A stretch of DNA of 47,882 bases from Spirochaetota bacterium (lineage in GTDB: Bacteria > Spirochaetota > Spirochaetia > Treponematales > UBA12059): NCBI GenBank assembly GCA_020048755.1, contig JAIFMD010000153.1:1-47882 (forward strand), given 5' to 3'. The notes beneath the pieces are model-generated. The model was not told where the DNA came from and did no database searches. It saw only the letters and a list, made by a program, of their open reading frames with translations. Positions 37,715-47,092 of the stretch are shown here, piece after piece (positions within the stretch are counted from its first letter, which is position 1; each line of letters opens with the position of its first letter). Made by a program: the position numbers and the translations under genes.

Positions 37715-38575
37715 ATGATCATCAACCACAACATCAGCGCCCTGTACGCCAACCGCCAGCTCGGCATCAATGGTATTTCTGTTGACAAAGGCATGGAAAA
37801 GCTGGCATCGGGCATGCGCATCAACCGCGCAGGCGACGATGCATCTGGACTCGCTGTCTCTGAAAAAATGCGATCCCAGATTCGCGGCCTCAACCAGGCT
37901 TCGAAAAATGCCGCCAATGGTGTCTCTTTCATCCAGACGACTGAAGGGTACCTCCAGGAAAGTTCTGATATCCTGCAGAGGCTCCGCGAACTTTCCATCC
38001 AGGCTGCCAACGGCGTTTATACGTCAGAAGACCGCATGCAGATCCAGGTTGAAGTCTCCCAGCTCGTAGACGAGATCGACCGCATAGCCAGCCATGCCCA
38101 GTTCAACGGCATGAACCTCCTGACTGGACGATTTGCCCGTGAAGACGGCGAAAACCTGGTTACTGGCTCCATGTGGTTCCACATCGGTGCCAACATGGAC
38201 CAGCGGGAGCGCGTGTTCATTGGCACCATGACGGCCAAGAGCCTCGGCGTCAAACAGATTTCCAGCGATGAAATCGTCTCGCTTTCCACCCCTGCTGGTG
38301 CCAACAGGACGATAGGCGTGCTCGATGAAGCCCTGAAAAAGGTTAACAAGCAGCGGGCTGACCTCGGCGCCTACCAGAACAGGCTCGAGCATGCGGTACG
38401 CGGCATCGACATCGGCGCAGAGAACCTCCAGGCAGCCGAGAGCCGCATCCGCGACACCGACATGGCGGCCGAGATGGTCAACTATACCAAGGACCGCATC
38501 CTCATCCAGGCCTCCAGCGCCATGCTCGCGCAGGCCAACCAGAAGACCGCTTCTGTCTTGCAGTTGCTCCAGTAA
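37715..38575 (+). CDS. flaB: Periplasmic flagellar core protein FlaB
   Basis: [47 protein letters not shown]; 286 aa, spirochete FlaB size. Confidence 0.97.
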   Translation: MIINHNISALYANRQLGINGISVDKGMEKLASGMRINRAGDDASGLAVSEKMRSQIRGLNQASKNAANGVSFIQTTEGYLQESSDILQRLRELSIQAANGVYTSEDRMQIQVEVSQLVDEIDRIASHAQFNGMNLLTGRFAREDGENLVTGSMWFHIGANMDQRERVFIGTMTAKSLGVKQISSDEIVSLSTPAGANRTIGVLDEALKKVNKQRADLGAYQNRLEHAVRGIDIGAENLQAAESRIRDTDMAAEMVNYTKDRILIQASSAMLAQANQKTASVLQLLQ

Positions 38576-38598
38576 GGGGATATACTGTTCGTTGATCG

Positions 38599-38624
38599 GG
38601 TGGCGGACCTTACGGTCCGCCGCC
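38599..38624 (+). terminator. Strong hairpin after the first flaB (weak terminator or mRNA stabiliser)
   Basis: GGTGGCGGACC-TTAC-GGTCCGCCGCC; no clean U-tract. Confidence 0.55.
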
Positions 38625-38772
38625 ATTGATCGTTCTTTGACAAACACCCTCATGCGCATGCAGGCGGAGATGCCAGCCCCCGGAAGGGGACTGGTTTCCC
38701 CGCCGCGCGGGGCATGAACGGACGGGAACCGGCGCGATGCAATAAATTCCCGGCCCCGAAGCCATGCGCACG

Positions 38773-38816
38773 GGACTTGCGGCAAGGAATGCTGCTTGTT
38801 AGTCCTGCAAGGAGGG
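38773..38816 (+). promoter_or_regulatory. Putative CsrA-binding sites in the second flaB leader
   Basis: GCGGCA-AGGAA-TGCTGC hairpin (38779-38795) inside a GGACT/AGTCC stem, followed by a CAAGGAGG RBS. Confidence 0.6.
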
Positions 38817-38820
38817 TCAT

Positions 38821-39669
38821 ATGATAATTAACCACAACATGAGCGCGATGTACTCCAACCGAGCGTTGGGTGTCACGCAGACCGAGCTCAACAAAAATAT
38901 GGAGAAGCTCGCTTCCGGGCAGCGGATCAACCGCGCCGGCGACGATGCTTCCGGCCTCGCGGTCTCAGAGAAGCTGCGCGGACAGGTCCGCGGCCTCAAT
39001 CAGGCCCAGCGGAACATCGAGAACGGCGTTTCCTTCATCCAGACCACCGAGGGTTACCTCCAGGAAACGCAGGACATCCTGCACCGTGTGCGCGAACTGG
39101 CAGTCCAGTCGTCAAACGGTATTTATACCGCTGAAGACCGCATGCAGATCCAGGTAGAAGTTTCGCAGCTCGTCGACGAGATCAACCGTATCGCGAGCCA
39201 CGCTCAGTTCAACGGCATGAACATCCTGACCGGCCGTTTCGGCAGGGAAGGCGGCCAGACCATGCAGCTGCAGGTCGGAGCCAACATGGACCAGAACGAG
39301 CGAGTGTTCATCGGTACGATGACCGCCCAGGCCCTCGGGCTCCAGGGTGCGCAGGGAACGGCCGAGATGATTTCCATCTCGACGCCCGACAGCGCAAACG
39401 CGGCGATCGGAAACCTCGACGCGGCCCTCAAGTCGGTTTCAAAGCAGCGTGCCGACCTCGGTGCCTACCAGAACCGTTTCGAGATGGCTTCCAAGGGTGT
39501 CGCGATAGCAGCCGAGAACCTCCAGGCCGCCGAGAGCCGCATCCGCGACACCGACATGGCCTCGCAGATGGTCGATTACGTGAAGAACCAGATCCTGACT
39601 CAGGCAGGTGGAGCTATGCTCGCCCAGGCCAACACCAGGACCCAGTCGGTCATGCAGCTGTTGGGTTAA
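38821..39669 (+). CDS. flaB: Periplasmic flagellar core protein FlaB (second paralog)
   Basis: MIINHNMSA and the same conserved flagellin N- and C-terminal motifs; 282 aa. Confidence 0.97.
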   Translation: MIINHNMSAMYSNRALGVTQTELNKNMEKLASGQRINRAGDDASGLAVSEKLRGQVRGLNQAQRNIENGVSFIQTTEGYLQETQDILHRVRELAVQSSNGIYTAEDRMQIQVEVSQLVDEINRIASHAQFNGMNILTGRFGREGGQTMQLQVGANMDQNERVFIGTMTAQALGLQGAQGTAEMISISTPDSANAAIGNLDAALKSVSKQRADLGAYQNRFEMASKGVAIAAENLQAAESRIRDTDMASQMVDYVKNQILTQAGGAMLAQANTRTQSVMQLLG

Positions 39670-39741
39670 GAGAACCGTTCTGATTTCTGTAGCGGAGAGC
39701 TTCCTGGACGTCGTCTTTCCGCGACGGATTACATGCGATCG

Positions 39742-39772
39742 GAAGGGGGGGGATCGCGCCCTCCCCCCTTTC
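39742..39772 (+). terminator. Terminator-like hairpin after the second flaB
   Basis: AAGGGGGGGG...CTCCCCCCTTTC stem with a short T tail. Confidence 0.55.
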
Positions 39773-39844
39773 ACTTAACAGACGAGCCAAGCAGCCAACA
39801 CATGAAAGCGTTGTGCCATGCGGCCAATCCGATAGGAGGAACGT

Positions 39845-40177
39845 ATGTCGATAGACGTTTCCACCATTCAGACACTCTCGGTGGCGGCGGTAGCCCAGAA
39901 ACAGGCAGTTGCCGTACCCCGGGTCAAGCAGGGCGATGCAATGAAAACCGAGCCGCCCATATCCACTGAAGCCATCCTCAGTGAACTGACTGAAGTGAGC
40001 GCGGCCATGAACAAGCGCCTGACCTTCAGCATCAATGAAAAACTGGACCAAGTCGTCGTCAAGGTCGTCGATACAGCGACCGATAAGGTAATCAGGGAAA
40101 TACCGCTTGAAGCGCTACAACGCGTCCACGAACGAATCAGGGAGGTAATCGGCATCCTGTTCGACGAGAGGGCGTGA
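39845..40177 (+). CDS. flaG: Flagellar protein FlaG
   Basis: L.FSI......VVKVVD..T.KVIREIP...GILFDE motif; position between flagellin and fliD; AGGAGG RBS. Confidence 0.92.
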   Translation: MSIDVSTIQTLSVAAVAQKQAVAVPRVKQGDAMKTEPPISTEAILSELTEVSAAMNKRLTFSINEKLDQVVVKVVDTATDKVIREIPLEALQRVHERIREVIGILFDERA

Positions 40178-40202
40178 ACCGGAAGGAGGGCTTTAAAGCC
40201 CT

Positions 40203-42206
40203 ATGTCGGATATCAGCATTCCAGGCGTCACAAGCAAGTACGACACCAAAGGTATAGTCGAAGGCTTGATGGCCGTCGAACGCATACCCCAGAAACGCGC
40301 TGAAGACAGGCTCAAGCAAATAGAGCTCCAGCGCACCACGTGGATGGACCTCAACCGCCGCCTTACTGCACTCCGGGAGAGTTCCCGCTCGCTCTACTCA
40401 TTCCAGAACCCCTTCAATGAACGCCTCGCTACCTCTACTGACGAGTCGGTGCTTACCGGAACGGCAACCCGCGAAGCCATCGAGGAAACAAAAAGCTTTG
40501 TCGTCAAACGGACGGCCGCGGCGGATCGTTTCATGTCCGACCCTCTGGCTTCAGACTATAAAGTAGCCTCCGGAAACTATACCTTTACCGCAGGCGACAA
40601 GTCGGTAAAGCTCTCCTATGGCGGAGGTTCAATCAAGGACTTCGTCGATGCCATCAACCGCAAGGGTGGAGAGACAGTGCGCGCCCAGCTCGTCGCTGTG
40701 CGCTCAGATTCCAGCGTACTGGTACTGGAATCACTTAAAACAGGCGCAAAAAACAGACTGGGATTCAGCGATGCCGCGGAAAAATTCGCCCTGACCACCG
40801 GCCTTGTTGAAAAAGCCAGTTCTACACTCAGGAATTTACCATCTGACGCTCCCACACGCTTTGAAAAGCCTCTGGATATGACCAAAGTGTCATTCAAGGA
40901 TGGAGTGCTTTTCGTCGCACCAGGAGCAGAAGCAGCACTCAAGCTGTCTTCACCGACAGCTACCACAGGACTCGTACTCGAGCTGGAACTGGAACTGAGC
41001 GATAAACCCGCTGCAGGAGACACGGCTGAAGGGCCCCCGCCCGGACCGGCTATCCCCGCTACCGGAGGCATTGAATATGAAGGCATCCGCATAGAAAGTG
41101 CTCCCTCGGAAGCGGTCCTGCCCGAATGGGCCCCCCCACCTATCCCGCCCAGAAGCGATGATTTTTCACCCCTGTACCTCCTTGATGGTTCCGGAAGGCC
41201 CATTGCCTTGCCGGCTGTAACGGCGGGAACGGGATTCAGGACGATAACGGTACCGCTTTCAGCCTACCTGGACTCGCTGTCCGGAATTGGTGTCCGCAAC
41301 GGCAACACGGACCGTGAAGTACGTGTCAGAGCCGCCCGTGTCTTCGACCCTACTGAAACCGCAGGCATGCGGCCCAAAAATCCCGTCGCAACGGCATCTG
41401 ACGCCATCATCGTCATGGACGGCATCGAGGTGACCCGTGACAGCAACGCCGTGGCAGACCTGGTGCCAGGGCTGACGATCAACCTGTGGCAACAGTCAGA
41501 CAAACCGGTAAAACTGAAGATAGAACCAAACCGCGAAGTGGCCAAGGAATCCCTCATAGAGCTTGTGGGCAACTACAACCGGCTGATGGCAGAACTGAAT
41601 ATCCTGGCAAGGCCAGACGCGAACATCGTGGAAGAGATAACCTATTTTACAGAAGACGAGAAAAAAAAATACAGCGAACGTCTCGGGCTCTTTCAGGGCG
41701 ACACCACCCTGTCGCAGTTGCGCAGCACACTGCAGCGCACCCTCACCGAGGCCTACCCTACGAGTGGCGGCATAGACCAGCTTGCGGCTTTTGGCATTTC
41801 AACCGATTCGCGCCGGGGTGGATCGTACGACGCCACAAGACTCAGGGGTTACCTGGAAATTGATGAATCTGCGCTGGACAAGGCACTTCTGGAGAAATTC
41901 CCTCGGGTCAAAGAAGTTTTCGGGTATGATACCGACAATGACTTGCTTATAGACTCAGGTGCCGCCTTCAAGATGGACACGATGATGAAAGCCTATGTGG
42001 AAACCGGTGGCATCGTGCAGATCCGGACCCGGACTCTCGACGAACAGATTACACGCCAGAAGCGGGATCTGGAGAGCCTCGAGACCCAGCTGGCGCGCAA
42101 GGAAGACGACCTCAAGCGCAAGTATGGCCTCATGGAGAGTGCGCTTGGACAGATGGAAAGCTCGTCGAGCGCCTGGGACAATTTCAACACAGGTCAGGGA
42201 AAATAA
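40203..42206 (+). CDS. fliD: Flagellar filament cap protein FliD
   Basis: FliD N-terminal (L..ER.P) and C-terminal (DGIEVTRDSN, YNRL, YGLMESAL) domains with a long central insertion. Confidence 0.93.
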   Translation: MSDISIPGVTSKYDTKGIVEGLMAVERIPQKRAEDRLKQIELQRTTWMDLNRRLTALRESSRSLYSFQNPFNERLATSTDESVLTGTATREAIEETKSFVVKRTAAADRFMSDPLASDYKVASGNYTFTAGDKSVKLSYGGGSIKDFVDAINRKGGETVRAQLVAVRSDSSVLVLESLKTGAKNRLGFSDAAEKFALTTGLVEKASSTLRNLPSDAPTRFEKPLDMTKVSFKDGVLFVAPGAEAALKLSSPTATTGLVLELELELSDKPAAGDTAEGPPPGPAIPATGGIEYEGIRIESAPSEAVLPEWAPPPIPPRSDDFSPLYLLDGSGRPIALPAVTAGTGFRTITVPLSAYLDSLSGIGVRNGNTDREVRVRAARVFDPTETAGMRPKNPVATASDAIIVMDGIEVTRDSNAVADLVPGLTINLWQQSDKPVKLKIEPNREVAKESLIELVGNYNRLMAELNILARPDANIVEEITYFTEDEKKKYSERLGLFQGDTTLSQLRSTLQRTLTEAYPTSGGIDQLAAFGISTDSRRGGSYDATRLRGYLEIDESALDKALLEKFPRVKEVFGYDTDNDLLIDSGAAFKMDTMMKAYVETGGIVQIRTRTLDEQITRQKRDLESLETQLARKEDDLKRKYGLMESALGQMESSSSAWDNFNTGQGK

Positions 42207-42225
42207 AGAATCCGAGGAGCTGGAA

Positions 42226-43092
42226 ATGCTATTTACGATGAACGGAACGACTGCTCCGGTTGAGGCCGAAGGGCAGACGATAGGCGATATACTCGCGATA
42301 CTGGACGAACGTGCGGAGGCTATGGGTGAGATCATAGTCGAAGTGGCAGTCAACGGCACGGCGCTTACACCCGACGAACTGGCGGAGGCTTCGAATCTGG
42401 CCGCTGCTGGCGATGGCACGGTCGCGCTGGTCTCGGAGCCGGCGGCCGATCTCAAGGCCCGAGCGCTGGAGTCGCTGATAGAACTTGTTCACGCAGCCGC
42501 AGAGGCCATGGCTTCGGGTGATGCTGAAGCTTCGGATTCTGCCCGCAAGGCGTGGGAATCGTATCGTACAGCTTTCGGGGGCCTGTTCTCGGCAGAAGAA
42601 GCCTCGTTCATGGACGCATTCGCAGAACGCCTCGAACCCGGCAATCCAGGCGCCGCACTGAAACCGCTGGCTGATAATCTGGCAACTTTCTTTGGCGAGC
42701 GACTGGCAGAACTGCGCAATCCGGCTGAAGCTATGATGGCTGCGGCAAAATTCTTTGATTCCATAAAGGCAGACCTTTCGGAGGTGCCGGTTCGGTTGCA
42801 GACAGGCAAGGACGCCGAAGCGATGCGGACCATGGTGCTTGCTGTAGAGTTGATAAACAAGACCGTCCGGATTATGCCGGAGTTCGTGCGTACATCATCG
42901 TCTGTGCCACTGGAAGTCGAGGGCACGGACATGCCGGCGTTTTACGGAGCCCTCAACGGGGTGCTCAGGGAACTGGCACAAGCCTTTGAAAACAAGGACG
43001 GCGTGCTTATCGGCGACCTTGCCGAGTACGAAATACGGCCGCGGCTGGAATCATTTTATTCCGCGATCAGGGTTGCAGCAGGTACGCCATGA
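42226..43092 (+). CDS. Helical hypothetical protein in the flagellar operon
   Basis: ATG 42226 after GAGGAG; C-terminal AFENKDGVLIGDLAEYEI motif; ATGA overlap with the next gene. Confidence 0.8.
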   Translation: MLFTMNGTTAPVEAEGQTIGDILAILDERAEAMGEIIVEVAVNGTALTPDELAEASNLAAAGDGTVALVSEPAADLKARALESLIELVHAAAEAMASGDAEASDSARKAWESYRTAFGGLFSAEEASFMDAFAERLEPGNPGAALKPLADNLATFFGERLAELRNPAEAMMAAAKFFDSIKADLSEVPVRLQTGKDAEAMRTMVLAVELINKTVRIMPEFVRTSSSVPLEVEGTDMPAFYGALNGVLRELAQAFENKDGVLIGDLAEYEIRPRLESFYSAIRVAAGTP

Positions 43093-44192
43093 TAGCGGTA
43101 TTTGATGGCCGGGCCTTGCTCGCCCAGACATACTGGAAAGAATCTGATCCCGCTGAAACCAGGAATTTCCTGCTCCTTGTAGGCGGACTGATATTCGTAT
43201 CCATCGTATACTCCATCATCAAGCGGATAGCCTCAGGCAAAGGCATTACCCTCGGGACAGGCCAGCAAAGAGGATTCAGTGGTAGCGCTTTCAGGCGCAG
43301 GGCCGAAGATTTCGGATTTTCCTCAGGCGAGGCAGAGTTCCTGGAGTTTTATGCCCGAAAACTCGCCGTAACAAGCCCGCAGGCGGTATTCGGCAGCAAG
43401 GCACAACTCGATGCCTTCATGCGGAACGCATTCAAATATATTGAACGGCATGCGGACACCGAGGAGTCGGCAGAAGAACAGAAGCACCAGCTGTTCGGGC
43501 TCAGGGAAGCGCTGGGAGCGCGTTCCAGTTCGGGTTCCGCCATACGATCGACAAAACAGCTCAGGACAAAGACGCCGCTGTCTATCGTAACCGCCAAGGA
43601 AGCACATTACTCGTCCATCCTGGTGGTCAATGAATCCAGGGCGATGTATCTTGAACCGGCGCTGGATGCATTCGGTACTCCCATACGCTTTGGCTACGGT
43701 TCCCGCCTGACAATTTATTTCTATGCTGGCAGCCATGTTGGCTACAGTTTCCAGTCAAAATCCCGTGGCATGGTGGATATCGACGGCAAGAAATTTCTAT
43801 CAATCTCACATAGCGACAAGATAAAGCCCCTGCCCGCCAGACGACATCAGCGAAGCGAGGTGCACATCTCCGGCCGCTTCTACCTGGTGCACGTGCACGC
43901 GGCCAAGGACAAGGGCAAGGTCGTAAAGACTGTGCAGGTGGAGCGGGCGGCCGTAGCCGGCATCATCACGGACCTGTCCGGCGGTGGCCTGTCCATGCAG
44001 ACCATGAGCCCGGCCAATGCCGGCGAATTCGTCAAGCTGGAGTTTGAACTGGAATCAGGCAAAATCTCAGCGTATGCAACAGTTGTACGGGTGAGCCGGA
44101 CCAGAACGGGTGCGCTGATGCACCTGAAATTCGTGAGGGCTGCGCGGAAGACAATCAATGAAATCCGGGCCATGGTGTACGGGTACGAATGA
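43089..44192 (+). CDS. Membrane-anchored PilZ-domain c-di-GMP receptor (flagellar brake-like)
   Basis: N-terminal TM; RxxxR (RRHQR) and DxSxxG (DLSGGG). Confidence 0.88.
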   Translation: MIAVFDGRALLAQTYWKESDPAETRNFLLLVGGLIFVSIVYSIIKRIASGKGITLGTGQQRGFSGSAFRRRAEDFGFSSGEAEFLEFYARKLAVTSPQAVFGSKAQLDAFMRNAFKYIERHADTEESAEEQKHQLFGLREALGARSSSGSAIRSTKQLRTKTPLSIVTAKEAHYSSILVVNESRAMYLEPALDAFGTPIRFGYGSRLTIYFYAGSHVGYSFQSKSRGMVDIDGKKFLSISHSDKIKPLPARRHQRSEVHISGRFYLVHVHAAKDKGKVVKTVQVERAAVAGIITDLSGGGLSMQTMSPANAGEFVKLEFELESGKISAYATVVRVSRTRTGALMHLKFVRAARKTINEIRAMVYGYE

Positions 44193-44206
44193 TGCCCTGC
44201 ACGAGC

Positions 44207-44235
44207 TTGACCGGGATGGATGCTGACATTACAAT
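44207..44235 (+). promoter_or_regulatory. Putative sigma70 promoter (leaderless)
   Basis: TTGACC-17-TACAAT, 6 nt before ATG 44242. Confidence 0.7.
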
Positions 44236-44241
44236 TCGCGC

Positions 44242-44502
44242 ATGAAGATAGTTGACCTGACAAACATTCTACGCAAAGAAACACACATCTACTACCGCAG
44301 GGAATTCAAGGCCGACGCGGTCTTTGAAATAATGCAGCAGACAAAGAGTGTTCCCATCGAGTTTGTGCTTGAACATAAACCAACGGGATCAGTGGATGTC
44401 AGTGCTACTATCGTTGAGGATCTCGACTATCCAGTCATGCCCTTCGTGACAGAGCTCAAGCTCTTCATCTCAGCCATGGACAAGCGGGGAGCCTTACCCT
44501 GA
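44242..44502 (+). CDS. Small hypothetical protein heading the tsaE-tsaB operon
   Basis: 86-aa ORF directly behind a good promoter; its stop overlaps the proposed tsaE start. Confidence 0.75.
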   Translation: MKIVDLTNILRKETHIYYRREFKADAVFEIMQQTKSVPIEFVLEHKPTGSVDVSATIVEDLDYPVMPFVTELKLFISAMDKRGALP

Positions 44503-44936
44503 TCAGTATCCAGTGTGTTGATGTAGAGGCAACCGAGGCATTGGGCGAACGGATCGGACGAGTAGCCAGGCCCCGCACGGTAATCGCGTTCAGGGGCGGA
44601 CTCGGTGCCGGGAAGACGGCCATGTGCCGCGGCATTGCGCGCGGGCTCGGCGTTGCCGAACCCATTACGAGTCCTACCTATACACTTATCAACGAATACG
44701 AGGGTACGTTGCCGTTCTACCACTTTGACGCCTACCGCCTGTCCTCTGCCGACGAATTCCAGCAATTGGACTCCGACCGGTACTTTTACGATGATGGAGT
44801 CTGCGCCGTAGAATGGAGCGAACGCGTCGCGGATGCGTTGCCAGACGATGCCATCATTGTTGACATAGAACCAGAACCGGACGGAAGCCGTCGGGTAAGC
44901 ATAACCGGAGCCGCAATGGAAGGTGCGCTGGTATGA
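44499..44936 (+). CDS. tsaE: tRNA t6A biosynthesis ATPase TsaE
   Basis: GGLGAGKT, SPTYTL, HFDAYRL, VEW. Proposed CTG start at 44499 (track start TTG 44541). Confidence 0.93.
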   Translation: MISIQCVDVEATEALGERIGRVARPRTVIAFRGGLGAGKTAMCRGIARGLGVAEPITSPTYTLINEYEGTLPFYHFDAYRLSSADEFQQLDSDRYFYDDGVCAVEWSERVADALPDDAIIVDIEPEPDGSRRVSITGAAMEGALV

Positions 44937-45673
44937 ATGTGCTCGCCATCGATTGTTCAGGAGAACTTTTATCAGTCGGTGTGGGCCGGGGCTGGGCAAG
45001 CGGTGGACGTGGACCTGAATCGGTCAAACATCCTTACCGCGAGGAAGCTGGACATGGCCATGCGGCAGGCCCTGGCTTTGTAGGCATATCCATAGATGCT
45101 GGTTTCAGGCATGCAGAACGCGTGATGAGCGCTGTAGAATACTGCGTTGCCGAGGCCGGACTGAAGCCGGCGGAGCTGGACCTGCTGGCCTGTGCAGGTG
45201 GCCCAGGATCATTTACCGGCCTGCGTATAGGCATGGCTACTATCAAGGGACTGTCGCTCGGCCTCGGAAAACCCTTCGTAACGGTGCCGACGCTGGACGC
45301 GATAGCCGCGGACTGGGAGGGCTCGGCCAGTATTGTCGTACCTGTCATAGATGCCAGACGATCACGATTTTACTTTGCCGTGTACGATAAGGGCCGCCTT
45401 GTAGCTGGTCCTTATGACGACGGGCTGGCGCGGCTCATAGCGCTGACGCAAGCTTACCCGGAGGTGCTGTTCGTCGGCCCCGATGCAGATTTGCTCGAAA
45501 CGACGGTGTCGGAACGCCCGGGATACAGGATAGCCACAGAGCGGCGACGGTCGCCCATAGCGGCGATGACAAGACTGGCTGTCGGGATTTTTGAACGATC
45601 CGGGCCTGGTCAGTCGGGTTCGGGGCTGGTCTACCTGCGTGCCAGCGATGCCGAGGAAGCGGTGAAGCAATGA
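44933..45673 (+). CDS. tsaB: tRNA t6A biosynthesis protein TsaB
   Basis: LAIDCS, HAE, GPGSFTGLRIG, VPTL, DARR, YLR; contains an insertion of about 30 aa. Confidence 0.93.
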   Translation: MNVLAIDCSGELLSVGVGRGWASGGRGPESVKHPYREEAGHGHAAGPGFVGISIDAGFRHAERVMSAVEYCVAEAGLKPAELDLLACAGGPGSFTGLRIGMATIKGLSLGLGKPFVTVPTLDAIAADWEGSASIVVPVIDARRSRFYFAVYDKGRLVAGPYDDGLARLIALTQAYPEVLFVGPDADLLETTVSERPGYRIATERRRSPIAAMTRLAVGIFERSGPGQSGSGLVYLRASDAEEAVKQ

Positions 45674-46797
45674 TCGATCCAGACGACGACGGACTGGAAT
45701 TGCTGGAAGTACTCGAAGAACTGGAACCAGACGAAACCCCGGTACTCTTGCCCGAAGAGCCCGGGGAAATACAGCATCCGCTACCGGCGGGACCAATTGC
45801 CGAGATTGTAAAAGACCTGGTCTCATCGTACTCCATAGTACCCCTGCCGATCGCGATCATCGATACATCGCTCTCCTTTCTTTACAGGAACAAACCGTTT
45901 GAAACACTGCTGAGGTCGTTCAACGCATCCAATAGCCCGACTCTGTTCAGTGCTATCGGCCGGTTCCTGGAAGCCGATACAGCCAGAAATCTATATGTAA
46001 ACCTTAAAGATAGCTCAAAAGGCTATAGCTGGAGTGGCACGATACGGCTCAAAGCCAAGGATGCCAGCAACGTTTTTGCAAAGACAACAATAATGCCATT
46101 CAAACCCGAAGGTCTGAATGGTTCGGAGCCACTCGCATGGGTTGTCTTCTTTGATGACGTTACCGAAGAGCGAAGCGGTTTCCTGAGGGGACTGTTCTCC
46201 AGCCTCCTTGAGGCGTCAAAACTCAAGGACAACGACACAGGCAAGCACATCGAGCGGGTAAACCTGTATACCGAACGCCTCGCCAGGGAACTCTACAGGC
46301 TGGGGTCATGGCCTGACGTCGACATCGACTTTATCGAAAACATAGGTTTCCTTGCTGCCATGCATGATGTGGGCAAGATAGGCACGCCTGACGATATCCT
46401 GAACAAGAAGGGACCGCTTGACGAGTTCGAATGGAACATCATGAAGGAGCACACGATAAACGGAGCCTTCATCCTGTCGAGCTACCCGAACCCTATGGCC
46501 AAGCAGATAGCCCAGTCGCACCACGAGTGGTGGAATGGTTCCGGCTACCCGTACAATCTTGTGGGTGACATGATTCCGTTACCCGCCCGCATTGTATCGC
46601 TGGCGGATGTGTACGACGCATTGCGCATGAAACGTAGTTACAAGCTGCCGTTCACTCATGACCGCGCCACGCTCCTCATTGCCGCCGACGCGGGAACTCA
46701 CTTTGATCCCGCGCTTGTAGACGTGTTCAAGAGCATCGCACAGGAATTCGATGAAATCTACGAGAAGAATGCTGACAAGGCAGAAGCCGAGGCCTAG
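45670..46797 (+). CDS. HD-GYP domain c-di-GMP phosphodiesterase with PAS-like N-terminal domain
   Basis: TGKHIERV, HDVGKIG, ILNK.GPL, HHEWWNGSGYP, ADVYDAL, GTHFDP. Confidence 0.92.
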   Translation: MIDPDDDGLELLEVLEELEPDETPVLLPEEPGEIQHPLPAGPIAEIVKDLVSSYSIVPLPIAIIDTSLSFLYRNKPFETLLRSFNASNSPTLFSAIGRFLEADTARNLYVNLKDSSKGYSWSGTIRLKAKDASNVFAKTTIMPFKPEGLNGSEPLAWVVFFDDVTEERSGFLRGLFSSLLEASKLKDNDTGKHIERVNLYTERLARELYRLGSWPDVDIDFIENIGFLAAMHDVGKIGTPDDILNKKGPLDEFEWNIMKEHTINGAFILSSYPNPMAKQIAQSHHEWWNGSGYPYNLVGDMIPLPARIVSLADVYDALRMKRSYKLPFTHDRATLLIAADAGTHFDPALVDVFKSIAQEFDEIYEKNADKAEAEA

Positions 46798-47039
46798 CTG
46801 CTGGACTCGCGCCGGTTGATATAACTCTCGTATGCATCGATCATGGCCTGCACGATGATATCCTGCAGTTCGCCCCGCCCCACCCAGTTGTTGCCATCAT
46901 TTATGTACAGGTGCTTCAATTGCCCCTTGGCGTCATCAAGGGTAAACGTCGGATCATCGAATTGCCTGCGCTGCAGGCTTCTTAGCGTATCTGAATAGGT
47001 GTCATCATACGAGGTCTCTTTCCATGCAGTGGTTGACAA
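46794..47039 (-). CDS. Small hypothetical protein (about 81 aa)
   Basis: Probable TTG start at 47039 after GGAGA. The longer track ORF runs through the tRNA-like element and is unlikely. Contains Y..DG..W.GRG. Confidence 0.6.
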   Translation of the reverse strand: MSTTAWKETSYDDTYSDTLRSLQRRQFDDPTFTLDDAKGQLKHLYINDGNNWVGRGELQDIIVQAMIDAYESYINRRESSS

Positions 47040-47054
47040 AGTATCTCCATGAGT

Positions 47055-47081
47055 AAAAAGCCGCCCCTTGGGGACGGCTTT
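47055..47081 (-). terminator. Rho-independent terminator after the tRNA-like element
   Basis: Minus strand AAAGCCGTCCC-CAA-GGGGCGGC-TTTTT. Confidence 0.8.
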
Positions 47082-47092
47082 AAGGAAAACTA

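Noticed and set aside
37488-37718. 76-aa ORF in the flaB leader
   Set aside because: Its TTG lies immediately after the sigma28 -10 box, upstream of the expected +1, with no RBS. The region is better explained as a UTR.
37384-39774. Long minus-strand ORFs over the flagellins
   Set aside because: Antisense open frames caused by codon bias in highly expressed genes.
39800-39836. Sigma28 promoter for flaG (TCCGATAG)
   Set aside because: No TAAA/TCAA -35 box at the proper spacing, and it abuts the RBS.
39883-39898. GGCGGCGGTAGCCCAG as the missing 5' tRNA piece
   Set aside because: It lies inside the flaG coding sequence, the register and D-stem do not match GAGC, and it has no promoter of its own.
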